A DNA stretch of 64,000 nucleotides from the NCBI GenBank assembly GCA_965228895.1, contig OZ245842.1:4160001-4224000 (forward strand). Direction: 5' to 3'. The notes under the pieces are model-generated. The model made no database searches. It was not told where the DNA came from and saw nothing but the letters and a program-made list of their open reading frames with translations. Both the position numbers and the translations under genes were made by a program. This document shows positions 50,754 through 60,149 of this stretch, in pieces (the first letter of the stretch is position 1; every line of letters begins with the position of its first letter). The DNA comes from Alphaproteobacteria bacterium (GTDB taxonomy: Bacteria > Pseudomonadota > Alphaproteobacteria > SP197).

Positions 50754-51659
50754 TTAAACGGTTTGCCATCGCGGTACGCCGCTCTCACCGCCGACATAAT
50801 CGATGTCGCTTGGCACTGATGGATAGGCGGGCGGATTGCCAGTGTCGACGAACTTGTTGAGTGGGCCGACGGTCATGGGCGCCACGTTCTGAAAAAAGGC
50901 CAGGCTGGTACGCGTCTGCGTGGTTTCCATGACGCGATGGCGGACCGCAGGGATGTGGCCGTTGGAGAACAACTCCATCCAATCACCGGGGATCACCAAC
51001 AAACTTGCCGCCGGATCGGCCGGCACGGTGAACCATCGACCGTCACGGTGCTTGATCTGCAGTGACTCCGTGCTTTGCGTGAGCATGGTGAACACCACGG
51101 CGTCAGAATGCTCCTGAAGTCCGGCGTCTTGCCCATCGCCACGCTGCTGACCCGGGTAGTGTTTCAGGGCCAAATAACCGGGCTCATAGCGCAGAAAGCC
51201 GGGCTCCTCTCCGAGCACCGTCTCAAACCCACGCAGCAATGCGCAAGCAACCGTCTCAAGAAGCGCTGCCGTTTCCGTCACGTTCGCCGCAAATCCAGGC
51301 GACACCTCGTCATCGGGCCACAGGGTGCGCGCCGTCTGGACGCTGAACCCATACTCCTGCTTGGGATCACGGCTCTGCATCTCGGACTCGCTCATATGGC
51401 TTGTATAGACCGGATGTTCACGCATCAAAGACCAGCCGCCGGTGGTTTCGCCAACCCGTACCGAATGGTGATACCGACGGCGGACGTCGATGGGCAGGGC
51501 CGTGAAATCGCTCCAGCTCGACAGGGCAGCGTGAACACACTGCAAGCGGCTTCCGGTCAACATGAGATAACCGCTGTCCATTAAGGCCGACTCGATGCCG
51601 CGCGCGACTGACGCGCCATCCTCGCCCGAGATAAGGTCTTCAATCTCCATCTGGGTCAC
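50754..51659 (-). CDS. Isopenicillin N synthase-like 2OG-Fe(II) oxygenase
   Basis: HYP, HSD (HxD), LQI...W, GD.ME..SNG...A..HRV and RTS (RxS) motifs. Confidence 0.85.
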   Translation of the reverse strand: MTQMEIEDLISGEDGASVARGIESALMDSGYLMLTGSRLQCVHAALSSWSDFTALPIDVRRRYHHSVRVGETTGGWSLMREHPVYTSHMSESEMQSRDPKQEYGFSVQTARTLWPDDEVSPGFAANVTETAALLETVACALLRGFETVLGEEPGFLRYEPGYLALKHYPGQQRGDGQDAGLQEHSDAVVFTMLTQSTESLQIKHRDGRWFTVPADPAASLLVIPGDWMELFSNGHIPAVRHRVMETTQTRTSLAFFQNVAPMTVGPLNKFVDTGNPPAYPSVPSDIDYVGGESGVPRWQTV

Positions 51660-51757
51660 CGCACCAACATATGTCCTGATCGTGAATCACTGTGCCACAA
51701 GAGCTGCGGGATTGCAGCCGGGTGACCGTCAAAAGCCTCTTGCGCGCGGACGGATAT

Positions 51758-52228
51758 CTAATCCTCCGGGCTGTGCCGATAGGGTTCGTCGCCGCTGTCG
51801 TGCCATACACGATAGCGCGGCAAGGTATCGTGGATTTCGAGCCAGGGAAGGCGCTCCTGATGATGGATGTGGCATGCCGGTGCAAACTCCTCCGGATTAT
51901 CCAGGGTGTTGATCAGGAACTCGACCAGGGGTCCATGTTCGCCGCCGTCGCCTTCCCAGGTCAAAGGCGTACCGCAATCGCCACAAAAGGCGCGTCCCAC
52001 CCCCGGCGATGATTCAAAGACCTTCGGTTTTCCCTTGGTGTACGTCACCTGATCGAGCCTGTAGCCCGCCAGCGCGACGACAGGCGCGCCGGTGTGTTTC
52101 CGGCAAGACTTGCAGTGGCAGAAGATTGTCGATAGCGGTGCGCCGTCAACGCGGTAGCGGACAGCGCCACACAGACACCCCCCGGTCGCCTGGTCTGGGC
52201 AAGTGGTCATAGCGGCTCCATTCGTCAT
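51758..52228 (-). CDS. GFA (CENP-V) family Zn protein
   Basis: GGCLCGAVRY, CHCKSCRK and RAFCGDCGT motifs. Confidence 0.92.
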   Translation of the reverse strand: MTNGAAMTTCPDQATGGCLCGAVRYRVDGAPLSTIFCHCKSCRKHTGAPVVALAGYRLDQVTYTKGKPKVFESSPGVGRAFCGDCGTPLTWEGDGGEHGPLVEFLINTLDNPEEFAPACHIHHQERLPWLEIHDTLPRYRVWHDSGDEPYRHSPED

Positions 52229-52349
52229 GCCGGTTAGGGAGGCGACATGCTACACAAACGGTATCGGCAGGCGAATGGGCGGCTGTATCCAATGACCGCT
52301 AACGCAACGCTTGCACAATAAAGTTGAACAGGAACTCGGCGGGATTGCG

Positions 52350-53120
52350 ATGACGGACAAGACGGGAATCATTCGGCTGGAACGTGACGGCCCTGGCGGT
52401 GTGGGACTAGAGAGAATGGCGCTCGATCCGAAGGATTTTCAATCCGACCTGCCGGATCAGCACATCCATGTCTACTACGAAGACCCTGCGCTCGGCATGA
52501 CTGTCGGCGTGTGGACGACGACCGACATGCAGGAGGCGTTCGGTCCCTACCCGGACGACGAGTTCATGGTTGTGCTCGAGGGACGCGTCGTCATGATCGA
52601 CGGGAAAGGCCATGAAACGCCGGTCGAGCAAGGCGAGTCCTTCTTCCTGCGCAAGGCCATTCCGATCAGCTGGAAGCAGGAGGGTTTCCTGCGGAAATTC
52701 TTCATCACTTACTCCGATCCGAACGCCCCCGTCCCCCGGATCGACTCGGCCGAGGGCGGCGTCATCGTGTTCAACCCCCAGGCGCTTGAGGCAGGCCTTG
52801 TGCCCCAGGCCGAGCCCATCGGCGGCGGCACCCAACGCGACAACCTCGTCTTCACCAACGATAGGGGGAACATGACCGTCGGCATGTGGGAGACGTCAGC
52901 CTTCGAAAGTCAGATGCAGCCCTTCTCTGTCCATGAGTTTGCACAAATCGTCGCGGGCGACGTTACGATCACCGACGCTGACGGTACGCAACACACCTTC
53001 GCGGCCGGCGACGTCGTCTTTGTCCCCGAGGGCACGGTATGCAGCTGGAGAAGCGACGGTGGCCTGAAGAAGTTCTATGCCATCGTCGACCCCAACGCCG
53101 GTCGAGAGGTCGCGCGATGA
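52350..53120 (+). CDS. Tandem cupin (DUF861/EutQ-like) protein
   Basis: Two repeats: TVGVW...DEFMVVLEGRV...W....LRKFF and TVGMW...HEFAQIVAGDV...W....LKKFY. Confidence 0.85.
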   Translation: MTDKTGIIRLERDGPGGVGLERMALDPKDFQSDLPDQHIHVYYEDPALGMTVGVWTTTDMQEAFGPYPDDEFMVVLEGRVVMIDGKGHETPVEQGESFFLRKAIPISWKQEGFLRKFFITYSDPNAPVPRIDSAEGGVIVFNPQALEAGLVPQAEPIGGGTQRDNLVFTNDRGNMTVGMWETSAFESQMQPFSVHEFAQIVAGDVTITDADGTQHTFAAGDVVFVPEGTVCSWRSDGGLKKFYAIVDPNAGREVAR

Positions 53121-53252
53121 CCTTCACGTCACGAATGCGCAGCTCGCGATACGAGCGAAGCGTTTGACGTCACAAAGATTGGGTTTCCTGGCTTAAACGG
53201 TTTAAGACAAGCGGCTGCAGCCCTTCTGGTAAGTGAGCGAGGTTAATCAGCC

Positions 53253-53399
53253 ATGAAACGCAACCTTCTTTATCTTCTCATCGGTGCGCTTGTCGTCGTC
53301 GTGGCGGTGTTGGGGTACGTCGTCTACGAAGATCAGCAGCGCTCCTCCAGCATCGACATCAGTGTCGGCGACGACGGGGTTTCCATCGAAACGGACTGA
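53253..53399 (+). CDS. Small single-TM protein (48 aa)
   Basis: Below the ORF-track cutoff. MKRNLLYLLIGALVVVVAVLGYVVYEDQQRSSSIDISVGDDGVSIETD, with a GAGG RBS. Confidence 0.75.
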   Translation: MKRNLLYLLIGALVVVVAVLGYVVYEDQQRSSSIDISVGDDGVSIETD

Positions 53400-53764
53400 C
53401 GCGGCGGCAGAAGCCGGTGTCACCCCAAGGCGCTATTGCGACTCGCTGAGAACGTCGATGGTTTGAACCAGCCCGATGCGGCTGCATGTCACCGTGAGAA
53501 CGTAGCCGGGGATGCGCCGTCGACATCGCTCCGAGCAGCCGCTCTCGCTAGGTAGCCCTAGAGGACATTGCCCAATTCGCTTTGCCGAGAACGGTGGCGA
53601 GCGATCGTGGAGCAAATAGTCTGCTGCGAACCTGACGGTGGCGAAACTTCCCTGTTCACAGGTAGATTCTGCATTCATTGCCAGCTTCTGAGATTATCCT
53701 GGCAACGCATGCAGTGTTTTAATCTGCTTAGAGAAATGTTCCCTGTGACACAGAACAGAGAACT

Positions 53765-54370
53765 ATGGGCACCAAGCAGGCTATTCTCTTACCGGGTAAG
53801 GGAAGCGCGGTGAGTGATTCGGCGCGCCTTCGCATGGATGCTCGGGCCAACTGGATACGTGGCGCAGTCTATTTCCTGGCGCCACTCATCATGGCGTTCG
53901 GACCGAATTGGGCTCCTCTGATTCTGGTTTCCGGTGCCATCTATGAAGGCATAGTGCTTGTCAAAAGGCGGACCTCTGTTCCGCAGCGGATTCTGATCCC
54001 GGCCATCATTTTTGCTGCTTTCGTCTTTTGGGCTGCACTATCGGCGTTCTGGTCGCTCACCCCCGCCGAATCAGTTGAAAAAGCGGCGGCGATCCTGGGT
54101 TTAGGCGCTTGCGGATTTCTGCTTTTGGTCGGCGCCGCCAACTGCACCGAAACGCACAAGCGGACCATCGCGCTTTCCATGGCCTTCGGCACCGCGCTGC
54201 TTGCCTTGCAGATTGCCTTCGAAGTTGTAAGCGGTGGCGCCATCGCGCGGTTGCTGCACCCGCCGGATACCGAATTCGGATTGAGTGTGCTGATTCGCCT
54301 GAAGCCGGGAACCAGTGTGCTCGCCATCTTTGTCTGGCCGGCCTTGTCGCGCCTGGTGGCGTCATGGTGA
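53765..54370 (+). pseudogene. O-antigen ligase-like membrane protein, 3'-truncated
   Basis: Multi-TM N-terminus with WAALSAFWS..P..S and LAIFVWP patterns. Ends at about 200 aa, before the catalytic loop region. Confidence 0.6.
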
Positions 54371-55098
54371 TCACCGCCGTACCGCTGGCGGGTTTCATGC
54401 CCAACATCCTGCGCAAACTGCTGGCGCTGCGCCTGATACGCCCGGACGAGGACTTCGACGCCACGACCGAGCGGTTGCTGGCCGCGTTTTCGCCGCATCT
54501 TGCGACCATCAACGGCATGACCCGCAGCCATCGGGACTGGGTCCACGACTGCATGATGAACCCGCACTATCTCCATGTCGCCCTGCCGTTCGACACCCTG
54601 CTGGATGCCATGGGCGACGGCATGGAGGTGCTGGCGACATCGCCCCGCTTTGCGCCGGACTGGCGCTGGTTCAAATCCATGACCGGCGCCGGACGTTCGT
54701 TCAACGATCACCTCCTGGCCGGCGAGCTGGCAGATCTGCACAACTTCATGGACTGTCGCAAGGTCTTGCCCAGACGCCAGCCCGACGACAACACGGCCCT
54801 GGCGCTTGCCCTTCGCGACGGCTACCGGGCCGCCCTTACCTGGCAGGACGCCCATGGTGGCGATGATGCCGACGCCCTTGCCGCAGCCGGCGCCTCAGTC
54901 TCCGGCTGCCTCCAGGCGCTCACCGAAGCGTTCGCGACGATCGATCCAGCCACCGCCGCGGCCTTTAAGGAACTGCAGGAGTTATGGGAAAGCCCGGACG
55001 TCACGGCGCAGGACGTCGCGTCCCTCGACCTGTTCGCTCAGTTGTTCGGCCGCGAGACCGTCTACGTGTCGCTGACCCGCACCGCCGACCATGGCTGA
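54334..55098 (+). pseudogene. Class I SAM methyltransferase-like protein, 5'-truncated
   Basis: Coding-like frame begins at LAGLVAPGGVMVIT (post-motif PGG strand). No SAM-binding GxGxG upstream. Stop overlaps the GT2 start. Confidence 0.55.
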
Positions 55099-56032
55099 CC
55101 GCGGCCACGTGACGACGCGCTTGAGTGTCGTCACGTCGGTTCTTAACGGCGAACCCTTTATTGCCGACATGCTGGCATCGGTGCCGCCTCATGATGCCGT
55201 CGAGCATATCGCCATTGACGCCGGTTCGACCGACGGCACGGTCGAGCGGCTGCGGCGGACGCCATCGGTCAGGCTGCTCGAACGTCCCGGCGCCAGCCTC
55301 TACCAGGCGTGGAACGAAGCCATCGATCTGGCCAGCGGCGATAGCCTGCTGTTTCTCAACGCCGATGACCGGCTGCAGCCCGCCGGCATCGACGCGGTGC
55401 TGGACGCGCTGGCCGCCGATCCTCAGGCCGACATTGTGCAAGCCGGCGCAGAGGCTTTTGCCGCCGACCCCAACGAGGCCGGTAACGAGCGTCTGGTCAT
55501 GCGCTATCCCGAACCGCAGGCGGGATTCGATCTGATCGACCTGTCGTTCGGCGCGCCGACGATCAATGCCAAGGTTTTCAGGCGCCGGGTTTTCGAGCGC
55601 TACGGAAGATTCGACGACCGCTATCGGCTGGCGGCCGACCGGGCATTTCTGCTGCGCATGGCGTTGTCCGCTTCGCCACCGCGCTGCGCCGCGATCGCAA
55701 CCGTGCTCTACAACTACCGTATTCATCCCGGCTCGATGACCCTGGACTTTTCCTGGCGCCGCCGGGCGAGCATGGCGCGTGAGCACAGGCAGATTGCCGA
55801 CGCCCTCATCGCGCGCGATATGGTGGCGCCCGACATCGCCGCCACCTTATCGGCGTGGCGCGCACGCGAAGCCATCGCAGAGGTCGCAAGTGAGCTGGCC
55901 CAGGCTCACGTTACAGCCGTCTTCGAACCACTTGGCGCCTTGGCGCGCAGCTTTCCGGCCGCGCTTGTCGCGCTCGGCAGGGCGCGACGTTTGCGCCGGT
56001 GCTGGCTGAACCGCGTGGAGCAGCTTGCGTGA
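55091..56032 (+). CDS. Glycosyltransferase family 2
   Basis: SVVTSVLN, IDAGSTDGT, LYQAWN, FLNADD and FDDRYRLAAD motifs. Confidence 0.92.
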   Translation: MADRGHVTTRLSVVTSVLNGEPFIADMLASVPPHDAVEHIAIDAGSTDGTVERLRRTPSVRLLERPGASLYQAWNEAIDLASGDSLLFLNADDRLQPAGIDAVLDALAADPQADIVQAGAEAFAADPNEAGNERLVMRYPEPQAGFDLIDLSFGAPTINAKVFRRRVFERYGRFDDRYRLAADRAFLLRMALSASPPRCAAIATVLYNYRIHPGSMTLDFSWRRRASMAREHRQIADALIARDMVAPDIAATLSAWRAREAIAEVASELAQAHVTAVFEPLGALARSFPAALVALGRARRLRRCWLNRVEQLA

Positions 56033-56062
56033 TTGGCCAAAACGGGAGGCAAAGCAGCGACC

Positions 56063-56704
56063 GTGCATATCGGGCTTGACCTCGACAACACGATCATCGA
56101 CTACAACCGCGCATTTCCGGCGGTCGCCGAATCATTGGGCCTGCTTCAGGCGGATCACGGCCTGATCGACAAGGCGGCGGTGAAAGCAAACCTGATGGCA
56201 TCCGAAGGCGGCATGGAACGATGGATGCGCCTTCAAGGCCAGGTCTATGGACCCTGCCTTAGCCAGGCACGGTCCTTTGACGGTCTTGACGATTTCCTCG
56301 CCCATGCGTCGTCACACGGCTACCGCGTCAGCGTCGTCAGCCACAAGACCGAAGCCGGCCATTTTGATGAGACACGCACGCATCTATGGGACGCTGCGCG
56401 TGACTGGCTCAGGACAGCAGGTTTGCTCGGCGGTTCGGGCCACCCCATTCGCGAAGACGACGTCTTTTTCGAAACCACACGTGCTGCGAAAATCCGGCGC
56501 ATCGGCACCATCGGTTGCGATGTCTTCGTCGATGACCTGGTTGAGGTTCTCGCTGATGCCGCCTTCCCGAGGCATGTCGCACGGGTTTGGTTCACCGGTG
56601 CATCCAACAGTATGTCCACACCTCATGCGATCGCTGGCTTGACGAGGGTCGACCATTGGTGCGACATGGCTATGGTGGTTGATAGCATGCAGAAAGCGAC
56701 CTAA
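56063..56704 (+). CDS. HAD-superfamily hydrolase
   Basis: IGLDLDNTI (motif I), VVSHKT (motif II) and FVDDL (motif IV). Confidence 0.85.
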   Translation: MHIGLDLDNTIIDYNRAFPAVAESLGLLQADHGLIDKAAVKANLMASEGGMERWMRLQGQVYGPCLSQARSFDGLDDFLAHASSHGYRVSVVSHKTEAGHFDETRTHLWDAARDWLRTAGLLGGSGHPIREDDVFFETTRAAKIRRIGTIGCDVFVDDLVEVLADAAFPRHVARVWFTGASNSMSTPHAIAGLTRVDHWCDMAMVVDSMQKAT

Positions 56705-56810
56705 AGTTGCCGTCACGTCGATATGTTGTTTCATAGCGTGTATTTTCGATCCGTCTGCCTTACGGCAGCCACGGCGCAAGACCACACGGCTTGGTTTGGC
56801 GGTTTGAACG

Positions 56811-57674
56811 ATGGGTCGTCGGCGCGTGGACCAGGCCTTGTCTGATCTCGCCATCAACGACCTGCCCTTGGACGAGAGATCGCTCCAACTCCGCAGGCTG
56901 GTCGTGCGCGGCCTCAAGGGCGGCAATCGCGGCCATGTCGGTTCGTCGATGTCCCTGATCGAGTTGCTGCGTGTGCTCTATGACGACATCTTGCGTTACG
57001 ACACCGCTAAGCCGACATGGCCTGATCGCGACCGCTGCATACTCAGCAAAGGGCACGGCTGTCTGGCGCTCTATGCGCTGCTTGTCGACAAGGGCTTTGT
57101 TAACGCCGACGAACTCGATCGCTTCTGCCGGCCCGGTGGTACCATGGGCGGCCACCCCGAACGCGACAAGGTGCCTGGTGTCGAGGCGTCGACCGGCGCG
57201 CTTGGCCACGGCCTGTCGATCGGTATCGGCATGGCCCTTGCCGCGCGTGCCCAACGGCGTGACAGCCGGATATTCGTCGTGATGGGCGATGGCGAGATCA
57301 ACGAGGGCTCGGTCTGGGAAGCAGCCCTGTGCGCGGGCAAACACGGTCTGCACAGTCTCACGGCAATCGTCGACTACAACAAAATTCAATCCGCCGGCTT
57401 CACCCGTGACATCCAGGATCTTGAGCCGCTTGTCGACAAGTGGCGCAGCTTTGGGTTTGCGACGACGGAGGTCGATGGCCATGACGTCAACGCTCTACGT
57501 GCGGTGTTTCAGGACCTGCCGCTCGATGGCGCACGGCCCACCACCGTGATCTGCCACACGGTCAAGGGCAAAGGCCTGCCATTCGCCGAAAATGAACCCA
57601 AATGGCACCATCATTCGAATTTCAAGCCGGATGTTCTGGAGGCGATGGACGCAGCGCTCGGAGGGTCGGCGTGA
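56811..57674 (+). CDS. Transketolase-like ThDP enzyme, N-terminal subunit
   Basis: GHVGSSMS, DRCILSKGH, STGALGHGL, GDGEINEG...DYN and HTVKGKG motifs. Confidence 0.93.
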   Translation: MGRRRVDQALSDLAINDLPLDERSLQLRRLVVRGLKGGNRGHVGSSMSLIELLRVLYDDILRYDTAKPTWPDRDRCILSKGHGCLALYALLVDKGFVNADELDRFCRPGGTMGGHPERDKVPGVEASTGALGHGLSIGIGMALAARAQRRDSRIFVVMGDGEINEGSVWEAALCAGKHGLHSLTAIVDYNKIQSAGFTRDIQDLEPLVDKWRSFGFATTEVDGHDVNALRAVFQDLPLDGARPTTVICHTVKGKGLPFAENEPKWHHHSNFKPDVLEAMDAALGGSA

Positions 57675-58618
57675 GAAAGACTTGCATCAACATGGTCTAC
57701 AATCTGGCCAAACGCGATGAACGCGTGACGTTCATCGGTTCGGACTTGAGCCCCGGCCTGCTTGACGACATGAAACAGGAGATGCCCGAACGGCATTTCA
57801 TGGAGGGCGTGACCGAGGCCAATGTCATTGGCATGGCGGCCGGCATGGCGATGGACGGGTTTGTTCCCTACGTCAACACGATCGCAACGTTCATCACGCG
57901 GCGCTGCTACGAACAGGTGGCGCTTGACTTGTGTCTGCACGACCTGCCGGTTCGGCTGATCGGCAACGGCGGCGGCCTGGTCTACGCACCACTGGGCCCG
58001 AGCCATCTGGCCGTCGAAGACATCGCGATCATGCGCGCCCTGCCCAACATGACGGTTACCGCCGTCGCCGATGCCGACGAGATGGTGCGGCTGATGGAGG
58101 CATCGCTCGACTGGCCGCACCCCATCTATATTCGTCTCGGTAAAGGTGGCGACCCAATCGTCAGTGATCCCGCGGGCGGATTCGAAATCGGCAAAGGGAT
58201 CGTCATGCGCGGCGCAGAGACCGCGGACTATGCGTTGATGATTTCGACCGGCATCATGACCAGCCGCGCCCTCGAAGCCGCCAAGCAACTCGCCAAAGAA
58301 GGTGTGGATGTCGAAGTCATCCACCTTCACACGCTCAAACCGTTGGACACGCAACTTGTTGTCGAACGCGCCCGCCACGCGCAGTGCATCTGCACGATCG
58401 AGGAGCACACGATCATCGGTGGCCTGGGCAGTGCCGTCCTCGATACGCTCGTCGAAGCGGGGCTGGATCGATTGCCGCCGATACGCCGCTTCGGCATTCC
58501 CGACCGCTTCGTCGACAGCTACGGTGTCCAAGATGACCTGCTTGAGCGCTTTGGCCTGCAAGCGCCCCAGATCGCAGCGTCCTTGCGCGCTCTGATGCGT
58601 CTGGAGGACGTTGCCTGA
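57671..58618 (+). CDS. Transketolase-like ThDP enzyme, C-terminal subunit
   Basis: GTG overlaps the previous stop. EGVTEAN..GMAAG, GPSHLAVED, YIRLG and EEH...GGLG motifs. Confidence 0.92.
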   Translation: MRKTCINMVYNLAKRDERVTFIGSDLSPGLLDDMKQEMPERHFMEGVTEANVIGMAAGMAMDGFVPYVNTIATFITRRCYEQVALDLCLHDLPVRLIGNGGGLVYAPLGPSHLAVEDIAIMRALPNMTVTAVADADEMVRLMEASLDWPHPIYIRLGKGGDPIVSDPAGGFEIGKGIVMRGAETADYALMISTGIMTSRALEAAKQLAKEGVDVEVIHLHTLKPLDTQLVVERARHAQCICTIEEHTIIGGLGSAVLDTLVEAGLDRLPPIRRFGIPDRFVDSYGVQDDLLERFGLQAPQIAASLRALMRLEDVA

Positions 58619-59433
58619 TGGCTGTTGTGGAACACTTCGAGTCATCTGGCGACAACACGGCAAGCGCAGCCTTCCTGCGTGACGGCTATGTCGTTGTCGA
58701 GGCCGAAAACCGGTCCGGGCTCGATCAGATCAGATCCTTGGCCGCGAGCAGCGCGCGCGATCATTTGGGCCTGCCATCGTCAGATGATGATGGACGATTG
58801 CTGAACGAGATCCATGCCCACGTCGACGCCGATACCCTCAACGCGCTACGCCTGGCAGCGATCAACCGCCTGCGGACAGCTGCGTGGTTCCGCCCGACCT
58901 ATTATTCGCTGGCACGCACGGCGCTTCAGCAGATCGTCGGCAACGAGCTGGCCATGCAGCGCGGTATCGGCCTCAGCATTCAACTGCCGGACGATGAGAG
59001 CTCTCTCCTGCCGATTCACGCCGATGTTTGGGACGGCGATTCACCCTTTGAGGTCGTCGCTTGGGTGCCGCTGGTCGACTGCTATCAAACCAAGAGCATG
59101 TACATCCTGCCGCTTGAAAGGGATCGGGCGCGTCAGGCAGATGTCTCGGCCAATCAGCACGGCGGCGCAGAGGCGCTCTTCACCGCGGTGTCGGATGACG
59201 TAACGTTTCTCGACATCCAATATGGCTCGGTGCTCGTCTTCAGCCAAACGTTGATGCACGGCAATCGGGTGAACCGCGAAACGGAGACGCGGTGGAGCAT
59301 GAACTGCCGTTTCAAGAGCGCCATGTCGCCCTATGCCGGCAAGAAGCTTGGTGAATTCTTTGAGCCGATCACGTTGCGGCCAGCATCGAAGCTTGGTCTC
59401 GCCTACAAGCTTCCGGACGGGTTCCATGAATGA
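58618..59433 (+). CDS. Sporadic carbohydrate cluster 2OG-Fe(II) oxygenase-like protein
   Basis: VGNELAMQ...LSIQLP.D.SSLLPIHADVW.G.SPFEVV.W.PLVD...TKSM, HGN.VN.E..TRWSMNCRFK. Family call from memory. Confidence 0.75.
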   Translation: MAVVEHFESSGDNTASAAFLRDGYVVVEAENRSGLDQIRSLAASSARDHLGLPSSDDDGRLLNEIHAHVDADTLNALRLAAINRLRTAAWFRPTYYSLARTALQQIVGNELAMQRGIGLSIQLPDDESSLLPIHADVWDGDSPFEVVAWVPLVDCYQTKSMYILPLERDRARQADVSANQHGGAEALFTAVSDDVTFLDIQYGSVLVFSQTLMHGNRVNRETETRWSMNCRFKSAMSPYAGKKLGEFFEPITLRPASKLGLAYKLPDGFHE

Positions 59434-59836
59434 GCGTAGAGGCCATCGTGGCTATATTGGCTCACGCAGCTACTTTGGCGCCAACCCGCCACAACATGTC
59501 CAGAACCTGGTGATCCGCGATTTCTGTACGCGCAATGACTTTCGGTTCCTCCTCTCTGCGACGGAATACGCGATGCCCAGCTGCTACATGATCCTGGAAG
59601 ACGTCATCCAAGAGGCGCCAAGACTTGATGGTATCGTCTTCTACTCGATCTTCATGCTGCCCATGCGCCAAGATCGCCGCGTGAGCTCTGTGCGACGCGT
59701 TCTTGAGTCCGGAGCGACGTTACATGGCGCGGTTGAGAGCATGCATGTCCGAAACGACGATGAACTTGCCAGCATGGAACTGCTTTGGGCCATGCGCGAG
59801 ATGCAGAACGCCTCGACCTGCCAATCACCACGTTAA
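59426..59836 (+). CDS. Sporadic carbohydrate cluster partner protein (LIC12192-like)
   Basis: G.RGYI.SR...PQHVQNLVIRDFC...LSATEY.M...Y..L, GIVFYSIFMLP. Overlaps the oxygenase stop. Confidence 0.7.
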   Translation: MNERRGHRGYIGSRSYFGANPPQHVQNLVIRDFCTRNDFRFLLSATEYAMPSCYMILEDVIQEAPRLDGIVFYSIFMLPMRQDRRVSSVRRVLESGATLHGAVESMHVRNDDELASMELLWAMREMQNASTCQSPR

Positions 59837-60149
59837 CATGCGGGAATTTTGCATGGTTCGAACGCGTCGATCGCTCCCAGCATCACGCACCAACCGATCG
59901 CAGGACAGGTCCTGGGCCATCGCAGCCGACGGCAGCGTCCGAATAGTACTGAGCCGGACGCCCCTGTCACGGCGTGTCGTGCACGAGTGAAAGCCTGGAT
60001 CGCGAAACCCCATGACGACAGCATTCGCCATCGGCGACGTACGCCTTCTCGTTGAATACCGACATCGATCCGCTAACCTCAACAAGCATTGTCGTTAAGG
60101 CCGTGGCCGTGGCCGACGCCGGCCGCTCCCCGACTGTCGTCGCAATGCG

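Noticed and set aside
22725-51659. Calling the cluster a siderophore pathway
   Set aside because: No TonB-dependent receptor, Fe-siderophore ABC importer, ornithine monooxygenase or clear Fur box in the window. The Asp module alone is insufficient.
51758-53120. GFA and tandem cupin genes as part of the biosynthetic cluster
   Set aside because: Common stand-alone genes with no sequence evidence of linkage; the cluster boundary remains uncertain.
54109-54333. N-terminal 75 aa of ORF 54109-55098
   Set aside because: Off-frame reading of the ligase-like gene; protein-like sequence starts only at the junction.
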